DNA of 64,000 nucleotides from Minisyncoccota bacterium (GTDB lineage: Bacteria > Patescibacteriota > Minisyncoccia > Phycocordibacterales > GCA-2401445). Below are positions 43,102 through 52,978 of this stretch, piece after piece. Made by a program: the position numbers and the translations under genes. The stretch lies in NCBI GenBank assembly GCA_040879725.1, contig JBBDJV010000015.1:32127-96126 (forward strand), read 5' to 3'. The notes beneath the pieces are model-generated. The model made no database searches and was not told the origin of the DNA. It saw nothing but the letters and a program-made list of their open reading frames with translations. Position 1 is the stretch's first letter. The number at the start of each line of letters is the position of its first letter.

Positions 43102-46100
43102 ATGAGCGAAGAAAATAAAAAATTACAAAAAACACGAGGGGAAAAAGAAAGAGAGATTCTTGAGTTTTGGCGTGAAAATAAGGTGTTTGAGACTTCAGAG
43201 CAAAAACCCGCTCCAAAGGGTGATTTTGTATTTTATGACGGCCCTCCTTTCGCGACAGGTCTTCCTCACTATGGACACATGCTTCCGGCTACTATCAAGG
43301 ACGTAATTCCGCGTTTCAAGACGATGCAAGGTTTTCGCGTGCGCAGACGTTGGGGGTGGGACTGTCACGGGCTACCAGTTGAAAATCTTATTGAGAAAGA
43401 ATTAGGTCTCAAAGACAAGCAAGATATTCTAAAGTACGGAATTGGGAAGTTTAACGTGGAAGCAAAAAATAGTGTTTTGCGCTATGCGGATGATTGGCGT
43501 GAACGTGTTCCACGGTGGGGAAGATGGATAGATATGGAGCAGGACTACCGAACCATGGACCTTGCGTACACAGAATCTATTTGGTGGATGTTTAAAACTT
43601 TGTATGAAAAAAATCTGATTACCGAAGGGTACAAGTCTATGCACCTGTGTCCGCGGTGCGAAACAACTCTTTCGAATTTTGAAGTGAACCAAGGGTATAA
43701 AGATATTACGGATATTTCAGTGTACGTTGCATTTGAATTATCTGATACACCAAACACTTTCCTCCTCGCATGGACAACAACTCCATGGACGCTTCCGGGA
43801 AATGTCGCACTTGCCGTGCATCCTGATGTTGCGTACGTAACAGTAGAACAAGGTGGTAAGAAATATATTCTTGCCGAAGAGCTAGCTCAAAAGAGATTTG
43901 CTATCGGGAGCGATGCCGTACTCAGCGGTTCGCCTATAAAAGGAAGTGAACTTATCGGAAAAGCATACAAACCGGTATTTCCGTACTATGCGGAAGATAC
44001 CACTCTCGAACAGAGAGAAAATGGATGGAAAGTGTACGGCGCGGATTTTGTTACTACGGAAGATGGAACAGGCATTGTGCATATCGCTCCTGCGTTTGGA
44101 GATGACGACATGAAGCTCGGAGAAAAAGAATCACTACCGTTTGTTCAGCATGTTACAACAGGTGGAGTGTTCAAACCGGAAGTAAGTGATTTCGCGGGAG
44201 TGAGTGTGAAGCCGAAAGATGACCATCAGTCAGGTGATGTCGCGATAATTAAATATCTTGCTGGGAAAGGAGTACTTTTTGCAAAAGAAAAAATTATTCA
44301 CTCGTATCCGCACTGTTGGCGGTGCGATACTCCACTTCTTAATTACGCATCAAGCTCTTGGTTTATTAAAGTAACCGCATTTAAAGACAGGCTGGTAGAA
44401 GCAAATAACAATGTTTCTTGGGTACCAAAAGAAATGGGCGAAGGGCGTTTCGGTAAGTGGCTTTTGGGTGCTCGTGATTGGGCAATATCTCGCTCGCGGT
44501 TTTGGGGAGCACCTCTGCCGGTATGGAGAAATGAAGAATCGGGAGAATTATTTATTCCAGGATCGGTTTCTGAACTAAAAGAAAAAATAGGATTTAGAAA
44601 TACGTATTTGGTAATGCGACACGGTGAGGCGGACAGTAATGCGCAAAATATTTTAAGTGGAAAAAAAGATAACCCTCATCACGTAACAGAAAAAGGTAAA
44701 AAGCAGGTTGCTCATGCGGTTGAAAAACTGAAGGGAACATCAGTGGATGTTGTTTTCGTTTCTCCATTTGTTCGCACGAAAGAAACCGCAGAAATGGTAA
44801 AAGAAGCACTCGGGCTTACTGACACACAGATAGTTGTAGATGAGAGAATAGGGGAAATAGATACGGGTGATTTTAATAACACACCTATAGACGAGTATCG
44901 TGCTTACTTTAAGAGTACCGCTGAGAAGTTTTCAAAACCCGCACCAAACGGAGAAAGTTTGCGCGACGTGCGAAGACGAGTAGGCGAGTTTCTGTATGAA
45001 ATTGACGCAAAATATGAAGGCAAAACCATTTTAATTATTTCTCACGAATATCCTATCTGGCAGTTGTATTCTGTTGCGGAAGGATGGGATGAACGTGGTT
45101 CTATTCAGGCAAAAAATGACCGAGATGATTTCGTTGAAACGGGAAGTGTTAACAAAATTTCGTTTGCACGTCTGCCGGTTAATGAATCGTTTGAAACAGA
45201 CTTACATCGTCCGTATATTGATGAAATTGAACTCACCGCAAAAGACGGAACAAAACTGAAAAGAGTACCCGAAGTGTTTGACTGCTGGGTTGAGTCTGGG
45301 TCAATGCCGTTTGCTTCTCGGGGGTATGTTGGGAAAGCACTTCCTGACTTTGATCCGAATACGGGAGTTGGTTTTCCGGCAGACTTTATCGCTGAAGGGC
45401 AAGACCAAACCCGTGGTTGGTTTTACTCACTTATTGTTCTCGGGGTTGCATTGTTTGGAAAATCTCCGTTTAAGAATGTTGTGGTAAACGGTGTGGTGCT
45501 TGCCGGAGATGGGCAGAAAATGAGTAAACGACTTAAGAATTATCCCGATCCGATGGAAGTCGTTGAAACGTACGGTATGGACGCGCTTCGATTGTATTTT
45601 CTCGGTTCACCGCTGGTGAAAGCGGAAGATGTTTCTTTTTCAGAAAAAGGAGTTGATGAGGTAATGAAGAAAAATATCGGCAGACTTGAAAATGTTGTTA
45701 TGTTCTATCAGATGTTTAGTGCGGATGCTGAAGCGACTACAGAGAGCCCACATGTTCTCGATAGATGGATTGTCAGTACGCGTAATAATCTCATTGCGTC
45801 TGTTACGGCTTCACTCACAGCGTATCAGTTTGACCGAGCAGTCAGAGCACTTTCTGATTTTATTGATGATCTTTCAACGTGGTATGTTAGGCGTTCTCGA
45901 GACCGATTCAAAGGGGAAGACAGAGAGGATGCGGGACATGCACGAAGAGTACTTCGAGAAACACTCTCTCTCTTTTCGCAAGTTAGTGCGCCGTTTATTC
46001 CTTTTACCGCAGAGTCTGTGTATCAAATCGTAAAACAAGATGGAGCACCGAAAAGTGTGCATCTCACTGTGTGGCCGGTTGCGGGAGAAATTGACGAAAC

Positions 46101-46584
46101 CCTTTTGTCTGAAATGAAGACAGTAAGAGAAGTGGTGTCACTGGCATTCGAAGCAAGAACCAAAGCAAAAATTAAAGTACGGCAACCTCTCGCATCCCTC
46201 ACAATAAAAACAACACTGCCTACAGTGCTACTTGAACAGATTGCGGAAGAGGTAAATGTAAAAGAAGTTCGGATTGGAGAAACAAAAAATGAAGAAGTAC
46301 TACTCGACACTGTACTTACTCCGGAGTTGATAGAGGAAGGGTACATGCGCGATGTGCTTCGACACATTCAAGAGAAAAGAAAGGACGCAGGTCTAGAGAC
46401 GAGTGACTATATTACACTTACCGTAGTGGGGAATAAAGAAGTTCAAACCCTTATTTCTTCTATGAAAAAAGAATTAGAACGCGTGGCGCAAGTGTCGCGT
46501 ATTGAATTCGAGGAAAAGAGTGAAATGGAGCCGACACTTACACTGGGAGATATGAGTCTTTCGGTTTCAATAAAGAAAGTATAA
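43102..46584 (+). CDS. ileS: isoleucine--tRNA ligase with an embedded histidine-phosphatase (PGM-family) domain
   Basis: Class I motifs 'PFATGLPHYGHM' and 'KMSKRLKN', plus an editing domain. Between 'WAISRSRFWGAPLPVW' and 'RVPEVFDCWVESGSMPF' lies a ~210-aa insert containing 'LVMRHGEADSN' and 'LIISHEYP'. Confidence 0.9.
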   Translation: MSEENKKLQKTRGEKEREILEFWRENKVFETSEQKPAPKGDFVFYDGPPFATGLPHYGHMLPATIKDVIPRFKTMQGFRVRRRWGWDCHGLPVENLIEKELGLKDKQDILKYGIGKFNVEAKNSVLRYADDWRERVPRWGRWIDMEQDYRTMDLAYTESIWWMFKTLYEKNLITEGYKSMHLCPRCETTLSNFEVNQGYKDITDISVYVAFELSDTPNTFLLAWTTTPWTLPGNVALAVHPDVAYVTVEQGGKKYILAEELAQKRFAIGSDAVLSGSPIKGSELIGKAYKPVFPYYAEDTTLEQRENGWKVYGADFVTTEDGTGIVHIAPAFGDDDMKLGEKESLPFVQHVTTGGVFKPEVSDFAGVSVKPKDDHQSGDVAIIKYLAGKGVLFAKEKIIHSYPHCWRCDTPLLNYASSSWFIKVTAFKDRLVEANNNVSWVPKEMGEGRFGKWLLGARDWAISRSRFWGAPLPVWRNEESGELFIPGSVSELKEKIGFRNTYLVMRHGEADSNAQNILSGKKDNPHHVTEKGKKQVAHAVEKLKGTSVDVVFVSPFVRTKETAEMVKEALGLTDTQIVVDERIGEIDTGDFNNTPIDEYRAYFKSTAEKFSKPAPNGESLRDVRRRVGEFLYEIDAKYEGKTILIISHEYPIWQLYSVAEGWDERGSIQAKNDRDDFVETGSVNKISFARLPVNESFETDLHRPYIDEIELTAKDGTKLKRVPEVFDCWVESGSMPFASRGYVGKALPDFDPNTGVGFPADFIAEGQDQTRGWFYSLIVLGVALFGKSPFKNVVVNGVVLAGDGQKMSKRLKNYPDPMEVVETYGMDALRLYFLGSPLVKAEDVSFSEKGVDEVMKKNIGRLENVVMFYQMFSADAEATTESPHVLDRWIVSTRNNLIASVTASLTAYQFDRAVRALSDFIDDLSTWYVRRSRDRFKGEDREDAGHARRVLRETLSLFSQVSAPFIPFTAESVYQIVKQDGAPKSVHLTVWPVAGEIDETLLSEMKTVREVVSLAFEARTKAKIKVRQPLASLTIKTTLPTVLLEQIAEEVNVKEVRIGETKNEEVLLDTVLTPELIEEGYMRDVLRHIQEKRKDAGLETSDYITLTVVGNKEVQTLISSMKKELERVAQVSRIEFEEKSEMEPTLTLGDMSLSVSIKKV

Positions 46585-47172
46585 ATGTACCACGTTCATA
46601 CGACTGAGGCGTATATACTGAGTCGCGTATCACACGGTGAGACAAATGCACTCATTGTGCTTTTTACTCGTGATTTCGGAAGAATACAGGCGGTGGCTCA
46701 AGGTGTGCGAAAAACAACATCAAAGCTCAACCCCTTTTTACAAGAGTACGCATTTGTTCGTATTTCGCTTGTGCGAGGAAAAGAATGGTGGCGTATAGTG
46801 ACCGTGGAGGGAATAGGGTCGCTGTATGTATCCGCAAGAGGAGACGAGCGTCGTCTGCGAATCATAACGCATATTATCAAACTCCTTAATCGTCTTGTTC
46901 AGGGTGAAGAATGCAACGAAGTTTTATTTGATTCACTCTCTGAGGTTTTTCAAAAGCTTTCAGACAGAACACTTACAAAAGAAGAAGTGGTGTCGCTTGA
47001 GATAGTCGGAGTACTGCGCTTGCTTTACCACCTCGGATACGTATCGCGTTCGGACGAAACGGTAGCGCTTTCGGAAGAAGTGATAACAAAAGATATTCTT
47101 ACTCGCGTGCACACATTGCGGAAGTCATACATTTCTTCCATAAACGCGTCCCTTAAAATTACTCACCTCTAG
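46585..47172 (+). CDS. recO: DNA repair protein RecO (short form, no zinc finger)
   Basis: 'EAYILSRVSHGETNALIVLFTRDFGRIQAVAQGVRKTTSKLNPFLQ' is the RecO N-terminal OB-fold pattern. The ATG follows the ileS stop directly. Confidence 0.6.
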   Translation: MYHVHTTEAYILSRVSHGETNALIVLFTRDFGRIQAVAQGVRKTTSKLNPFLQEYAFVRISLVRGKEWWRIVTVEGIGSLYVSARGDERRLRIITHIIKLLNRLVQGEECNEVLFDSLSEVFQKLSDRTLTKEEVVSLEIVGVLRLLYHLGYVSRSDETVALSEEVITKDILTRVHTLRKSYISSINASLKITHL

Positions 47173-47196
47173 AGGTGCTATGATATACTGAATACA

Positions 47197-49140
47197 ATGC
47201 AAAACGAGCGTCCGGAAGATAATATAGAGCGAATAAAGAGGAAGCTGTATTCACCGCAGGGTACTCGGATTCAACGTGAAAAGACGGTTGAATTGCATAA
47301 GCAGTCCTTTGAGGTACCCGAGGGGTGGCAGGAAGGGGGTGGAGCAAATGCAAAAAATATCGACTATTCTATGGCACGACGTAATTTACATGATCACTCA
47401 CTACTAAAGAAACTACTGCTTGTCGCGGTTGTATTTTTCTGTGTCGCTGTGGGAATATTCTCGTATCTATATTTCGGTGGATTAAACACTATTTCATCTC
47501 AGAATGTCGATATCAGTATTGTTGCTCCTGTTTCAGTTGGTGGAGGAGAAGAGTTACCAATACAACTTACCGTAACCAACCGTAATGCAATTCCGCTTGA
47601 ATCGGTACTATTAACAGTTGAGTTTCCTGAAGGTACACGGTCTCCTACTAACTTAAGTCAGCCGTTGCTTCGGTATACTTATGACTTGGGTGGGATACAG
47701 TCTGGAGATAGCGTAAACCACACGGTCGACGCAATACTTTTCGGTGAAGAAAATAGCATTAAGAATATCAAAGTATCAATTGAGTATCGTGTTCCTGATT
47801 CGAGTGCGCGTTTATATAAAGAGAAAATGTATGAACCGACAATCAGCTCATCGCCTATTCTTGTTGCACTTCAGTCAATTACTGAAACAAGCTCAGGAAA
47901 AGAATTTGAAATGACGATTAACGTTTCTTCAAACTCAAATACTACAGTTGAAGACTTACTCCTTCGAGCAGAATATCCTTTCGGATACCAGTTTGTGAGC
48001 GCAAGTCCTGAGCCGGATTTTGATGACAATGTGTGGCAAATTGGTGATTTGCGACCTGAACAAAAGAAAACTATTACAATCAGAGGGTCACTAACTGGCG
48101 AGGATGGTTCAATGCGCGCGTTTAACTTTTCTGTGGGAAGCCAAGGTGGTTCGGATGAAAAGAACATAGGCATTCCGCTTATATCAAGACAAGAAACAAT
48201 TGAAATAACTCGTCCGTTTATCGGAACATCACTGGCGCTTAACGGTAACTCAAACGGGGACGCGGTAATCCGCGCGGGGCAGACAGTACGTGGAGATATC
48301 ACATACGTAAATAATTTACCAACACAAGTGACTGATGTTCAGATTGAGGTGAAGCTCGCTGGCTCTGTTCTTGATCGCCGTTCTGTTTCAGCAGGTACAG
48401 GATTTTATCGCTCAATCGACGACACAATAGTATGGGAGAAGAGCAGAGTGTCGGATTTAGCAACACTTAATCCAGGTGAAAATGGAACGCTGTCTTTCAG
48501 TGTCTCACCGGTTACCATTACATCCGGAACTCTTTCTTCATTCCAAAACCCGGAGATGTCGTTTGTGGTGAGCGTAAAGGGTACCCGAGTTTCCGAATCA
48601 AATGTTCCGGAGGAAATAACATCAAGTGTTGAATCAAAAGCAACACTCTCATCAAATTTGTCTATTAGGCCTCGATTGGTATACTCTGAGGGTCCATTCG
48701 TAAATACTGGTCCGGTTCCTCCAAAGGTGGAAACGGAAACTGTTTACACCGTGTACTGGACAATAACAAACACAACAAACGACGTTTCGGGCGCGCGGGT
48801 TACCGCTTCGCTTCCATTTTACGCTCGGTGGGTGGGTCAGGTAAGTCCTCCAAATGAGCGCGTAACCTATAATCAGGTGGGAAGTCAGATTGTTTGGGAT
48901 GTGGGCGATGTGTCTGCGGGTAGCGGAATACTTTCAACCCCGCGTGAAGTGGCGTTCCAGGTTGCTATTCTTCCGAGTTTGAGCCAAGTAGGTGTAGCAC
49001 CGAATGTTATCGGAGGAACCCAACTGAGAGGGTTTGATACATTTACTGAAACAACAATTACAGCGGATGCGGATGCAATTACAACACAGCTAAGTAGTGA
49101 TCCGGTATACGGATTTTCAAGTGGACGAGTGGTTGAATAA
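47197..49140 (+). CDS. hypothetical N-terminally membrane-anchored extracytoplasmic protein (647 aa)
   Basis: A ~60-aa cytoplasmic N-terminus, a TM (LLLVAVVFFCVAVGIFSYLYF) and a large S/T-rich beta-type ectodomain. Confidence 0.6.
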   Translation: MQNERPEDNIERIKRKLYSPQGTRIQREKTVELHKQSFEVPEGWQEGGGANAKNIDYSMARRNLHDHSLLKKLLLVAVVFFCVAVGIFSYLYFGGLNTISSQNVDISIVAPVSVGGGEELPIQLTVTNRNAIPLESVLLTVEFPEGTRSPTNLSQPLLRYTYDLGGIQSGDSVNHTVDAILFGEENSIKNIKVSIEYRVPDSSARLYKEKMYEPTISSSPILVALQSITETSSGKEFEMTINVSSNSNTTVEDLLLRAEYPFGYQFVSASPEPDFDDNVWQIGDLRPEQKKTITIRGSLTGEDGSMRAFNFSVGSQGGSDEKNIGIPLISRQETIEITRPFIGTSLALNGNSNGDAVIRAGQTVRGDITYVNNLPTQVTDVQIEVKLAGSVLDRRSVSAGTGFYRSIDDTIVWEKSRVSDLATLNPGENGTLSFSVSPVTITSGTLSSFQNPEMSFVVSVKGTRVSESNVPEEITSSVESKATLSSNLSIRPRLVYSEGPFVNTGPVPPKVETETVYTVYWTITNTTNDVSGARVTASLPFYARWVGQVSPPNERVTYNQVGSQIVWDVGDVSAGSGILSTPREVAFQVAILPSLSQVGVAPNVIGGTQLRGFDTFTETTITADADAITTQLSSDPVYGFSSGRVVE

Positions 49141-49146
49141 CATTAT

Positions 49147-50526
49147 ATGAGCAAAAAAGAAATTAATAACACAATGGAGCAGGTGGTTTCTCTCGCGAAG
49201 CGACGAGGTTTTATATTTCAAGGTTCAGAAATTTACGATGGACTTGCCGGTACGTGGGACTACGGACCGCTTGGTGTTGCTCTTAAAAACAATATCAAGC
49301 AACTATGGTGGAGGCGTTTCGTCGAATCACGTGAAGATATGTATGGCGTGGACGCGGCAATTTTAATGAATCAGAATGTTTGGAAAGCGAGCGGACACGT
49401 GGGAGGTTTTAACGACCCTCTTGTTGATGATACAAAAACAAAAAAACGGTACCGCGCAGACCATTTACTTGAAGAAAATGGGGTTAACCCTATAGGAATG
49501 TCACTGGCGGACATGAATGCGTGCATAAAGGAAAAGGGAATAAAGAGTCCTGATGGAAATCCGCTCGGCGAAGTGAGACAGTTTAACATGATGTTCAAAA
49601 CACATGTCGGGGCAACCGAAGATGAGAATGCCATCTCATACCTTCGCCCAGAGACCGCGCAGGGTATGTTTGTTAATTTTAAAAATGTGATGGATTCGTT
49701 TAGTCCCAAACTGCCGTTTGGTTTGGGGCAAATAGGTAAAGCATTTCGAAATGAAATCGCACCTCGTGACTTCATTTTCAGAACAAGAGAGTTTGAGCAA
49801 ATGGAAGTTGAGTACTTTGTACACCCAAATGACTGGGAGCGAGCATTTGAAGAGTGGAGACTTGAAATGCATGCATTTATTGCCGATATTGGTTTACCTG
49901 AAGACAGAGTGCATGATCTTGAGGTTGCGGATGGTGATCGAGCCCATTATTCAAAGCGTACTATTGATATTGAATTCGATTATCCTTTCGGACGAAAGGA
50001 ATTGTATGGTCTTGCGTACCGAACAGACTACGATTTGAAGAAACATCAGGAGTTCAGTGGAGAATCACTTGAATACTTTGATCAGGAAACGCGAGAAAAG
50101 TTTGTTCCGCATGTTATAGAGCCGTCACTGGGTCTTGATAGAACGGTTCTTGCGGTTCTTACAAGCGCGTATACGGAAGACGATTTAGGAGGGGAGAAGC
50201 GTGTGTACTTAAAATTTTCACCTCGTATTGCACCAGTACAGGTGGCAGTATTTCCGCTTCTCAAGAATAAACCTGATTTGGTGGAAAAAGCCAGAGAGGT
50301 ATTTGCTCTCCTCAAGAGTGAAGGGTTCCGCACCCGTTTTGATGATAATGGAAATATCGGAAAGCGATACAGAAGACAAGATGAGATAGGAACACCATTT
50401 TGTGTGACGATAGACTTTGACACCATTGAAAAAGATTCTACTGTAACAGTAAGAAATAGAGATACCGGTAAGCAAGAGAGAGTTCCTCTTGATTCACTCA
50501 TAGCAGAAATCAAAAAACACCTTTAG
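49147..50526 (+). CDS. glyS: glycine--tRNA ligase (alpha2 dimeric type)
   Basis: 'FIFQGSEIYDGLAGTWDYGPLGV' and 'FRNEI.PR' are class II motifs. Confidence 0.9.
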   Translation: MSKKEINNTMEQVVSLAKRRGFIFQGSEIYDGLAGTWDYGPLGVALKNNIKQLWWRRFVESREDMYGVDAAILMNQNVWKASGHVGGFNDPLVDDTKTKKRYRADHLLEENGVNPIGMSLADMNACIKEKGIKSPDGNPLGEVRQFNMMFKTHVGATEDENAISYLRPETAQGMFVNFKNVMDSFSPKLPFGLGQIGKAFRNEIAPRDFIFRTREFEQMEVEYFVHPNDWERAFEEWRLEMHAFIADIGLPEDRVHDLEVADGDRAHYSKRTIDIEFDYPFGRKELYGLAYRTDYDLKKHQEFSGESLEYFDQETREKFVPHVIEPSLGLDRTVLAVLTSAYTEDDLGGEKRVYLKFSPRIAPVQVAVFPLLKNKPDLVEKAREVFALLKSEGFRTRFDDNGNIGKRYRRQDEIGTPFCVTIDFDTIEKDSTVTVRNRDTGKQERVPLDSLIAEIKKHL

Positions 50527-50571
50527 GTGTTTTTTGTTTCCATAGTCATATTTTTTTGATAGACTGCCTGA

Positions 50572-51840
50572 ATGAAACCAAAAAAATATATTCTGAACAA
50601 TGGAATTCGCCTTGTTGTGGCGCCCATGAAAGATAACCCTACCGTAACAGCTTTAGTGCTGGTTGAAGCCGGTTCAAAGTATGAAAAAAAGGAGGAAAAT
50701 GGTATTTCTCATTTTCTTGAACATATGATGTTTAAGGGAACTCTTAAACGCCCGCGTGCACTTGATATTAGCCGGGAGCTTGATGCTCTTGGTGCTGAGT
50801 ACAACGCATTTACATCACAGGAATTTACCGGTTACTACGCAAAAGCTAACAAAAAACATGCAGAAAAAGTGGTTGATGTTGTGGCGGATATTTTTCAAAA
50901 CCCAACGTTTCCCGAAGTGGAATTAAACCGTGAGCGAGGAGTGATTATCGAGGAGATAAATATGTACGAAGACATGCCTCATCGCATGGTACACGATGTA
51001 TTTATGGAGTTGCTCTACGGAGACCAGCCAGCTGGCTGGGGTATAGCCGGAACAAAAGAGGTTATAAAGAGTGTAAAACCCGAACAGTTTAGAAACTACC
51101 ACACGGCTCACTACGTACCTGAGGCAACGACTGTTGTTATTGCAGGTGCGATAACAACGGGAGACGCAAAGAAACTCGCAGAAAAATATTTTGGGGAAAT
51201 GAAAAAAGCGAAAAAATCTCCAAAGAAAAAAGTAAAAGAATCTCAAAAGGCTCCACAGATAAAGATTAGAGAAAAGAAAACAGATCAAATGCATCTAGTG
51301 CTTGGTGTGCGTACGTTTAGTATGACACACATGGATGATGTCGTACTCTCAGTGCTTTCGGGAGTGCTTTCGGGCGGAATGAGTTCTCGGCTATTTCAGA
51401 AAATGCGAGAAGAGCTTGGGGTTTGTTACTACGTACGTGCAACAAATGATGCCTATACTGACCATGGAGTACTCACTATTTCAGCGGGAATTGATAAATC
51501 ACGACTACACGAAGTTATTGAAGTGTTACTGTCTGAACTTAAACGGCTCACTGTCGAAAAAGTAGATGAAAGCGAACTGAAAAAAGTAAAAGAGTATTTG
51601 ATTGGAACGTACTTACTTCGGATGGAAACAAGTGACGCGGTGGGGCAGAGTTTTGGATTTGAAGAATGCCTAAAACACTCAGTAAAAGGAGTGGCTGAAA
51701 CTATTGCGGAAGTAAAGGCGGTTACAGGCGAAGATATTAAACGTGTCGCAAAAAAGATTATGAAAAACGATCGTCTTAATTTGGCGATTATTGGGAGCGG
51801 AGTTGATGAAAAAGCTATTAAAAAGATTTTGACATTCTAA
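50572..51840 (+). CDS. M16-family (pitrilysin-like) zinc peptidase
   Basis: The inverted zinc motif 'HFLEHMMFKGT' (HxxEH) and a downstream Glu. Confidence 0.8.
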   Translation: MKPKKYILNNGIRLVVAPMKDNPTVTALVLVEAGSKYEKKEENGISHFLEHMMFKGTLKRPRALDISRELDALGAEYNAFTSQEFTGYYAKANKKHAEKVVDVVADIFQNPTFPEVELNRERGVIIEEINMYEDMPHRMVHDVFMELLYGDQPAGWGIAGTKEVIKSVKPEQFRNYHTAHYVPEATTVVIAGAITTGDAKKLAEKYFGEMKKAKKSPKKKVKESQKAPQIKIREKKTDQMHLVLGVRTFSMTHMDDVVLSVLSGVLSGGMSSRLFQKMREELGVCYYVRATNDAYTDHGVLTISAGIDKSRLHEVIEVLLSELKRLTVEKVDESELKKVKEYLIGTYLLRMETSDAVGQSFGFEECLKHSVKGVAETIAEVKAVTGEDIKRVAKKIMKNDRLNLAIIGSGVDEKAIKKILTF

Positions 51841-51851
51841 GAGGTGCGTCC

Positions 51852-52973
51852 TTGTGGTATTATGAAGGCATGCGGTATGAGAATACTCCTATTTCTATAA
51901 CCATCACATCGGGAACAATAATAAAAGTTCTCCTCCTTCTTGTTACGGTATATCTGCTTTTTGTATTGAAAGATATCGTAATGGTTATTCTGACATCCGT
52001 GGTTATTGCTTCAGCGGTGGAGCCGTGGACACTTTGGTTTGAAAAACGAGGTATGCGCAGACTTCCTGCAGTTATGGTTATCTACGGTACTGTTGCGCTA
52101 TCGGCAATAGCATTTTTCTACCTTTTCCTTCCACCACTCCTTGACGAAACGGCTGGATTACTTCGTACACTTCCTGCGTATCTTGAATCTACTGAACTAT
52201 GGGATCCTGGGAATACCGACAATGCACTTATTAATATAAGTAATACTTTCGAAGAGTTGGGAGATTCATTTTCAACGAGAGATTTACTCGGTAGTGTTCA
52301 GTCGAGCATCTCAAACATCTCCGCCGGGTTTATCAGAACCGCAAGTGTATTTTTCGGTGGCTTACTTAGCTTTGTAATTATTGTGGTACTTTCTTTTTAC
52401 TTGGCGGTACAAAAAGGAGGCGTTGAGTCTTTCTTACGTATAGTTACTCCAATCAAAAACGAGACATATATTATTGGTTTGTGGCAGAGGTCTCAAATGA
52501 AAATAGGGCAGTGGATGCAGGGACAGTTACTGCTTGGTGTTATTGTTGGAGTGTTGGTATACCTCGGACTTTCTATTTTGGGAGTTCCGTATGCGTTCCT
52601 TCTCGCCCTTCTTGCTGCGGTTCTCGAGTTGGTACCACTCTTTGGTCCGATTATCGCCGCAATACCAGCTGTTGGAATTGCATTTGGTGACGGGGGAGTG
52701 ACAGCGGTACTTCTTGTTGTAGGTCTCTATGTTATCATTCAACAATTCGAAAATCATCTCATTTATCCCCTTGTTGTACGGAAAGTGGTCGGCGTGCCTC
52801 CTCTATTGGTAATCTTGGCGCTTCTTGTCGGAGCTAAACTTGCTGGTTTCCTCGGAGTGCTCCTTGCGGTCCCTATCGCCGCAGCGCTTCGAGAGTATCT
52901 CTTCGATGTGGAAGTGAATAGAAAGAAGGCTGAAGAGGTGCTTGCGGACGATGCCCAACATGAGGTAAGGTAG
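51852..52973 (+). CDS. AI-2E family transporter (UPF0118/PerM-like permease)
   Basis: A polytopic membrane protein with the characteristic 'LELVPLFGPIIAAIPA' segment. Confidence 0.7.
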   Translation: MWYYEGMRYENTPISITITSGTIIKVLLLLVTVYLLFVLKDIVMVILTSVVIASAVEPWTLWFEKRGMRRLPAVMVIYGTVALSAIAFFYLFLPPLLDETAGLLRTLPAYLESTELWDPGNTDNALINISNTFEELGDSFSTRDLLGSVQSSISNISAGFIRTASVFFGGLLSFVIIVVLSFYLAVQKGGVESFLRIVTPIKNETYIIGLWQRSQMKIGQWMQGQLLLGVIVGVLVYLGLSILGVPYAFLLALLAAVLELVPLFGPIIAAIPAVGIAFGDGGVTAVLLVVGLYVIIQQFENHLIYPLVVRKVVGVPPLLVILALLVGAKLAGFLGVLLAVPIAAALREYLFDVEVNRKKAEEVLADDAQHEVR

Positions 52974-52978
52974 AGCAA

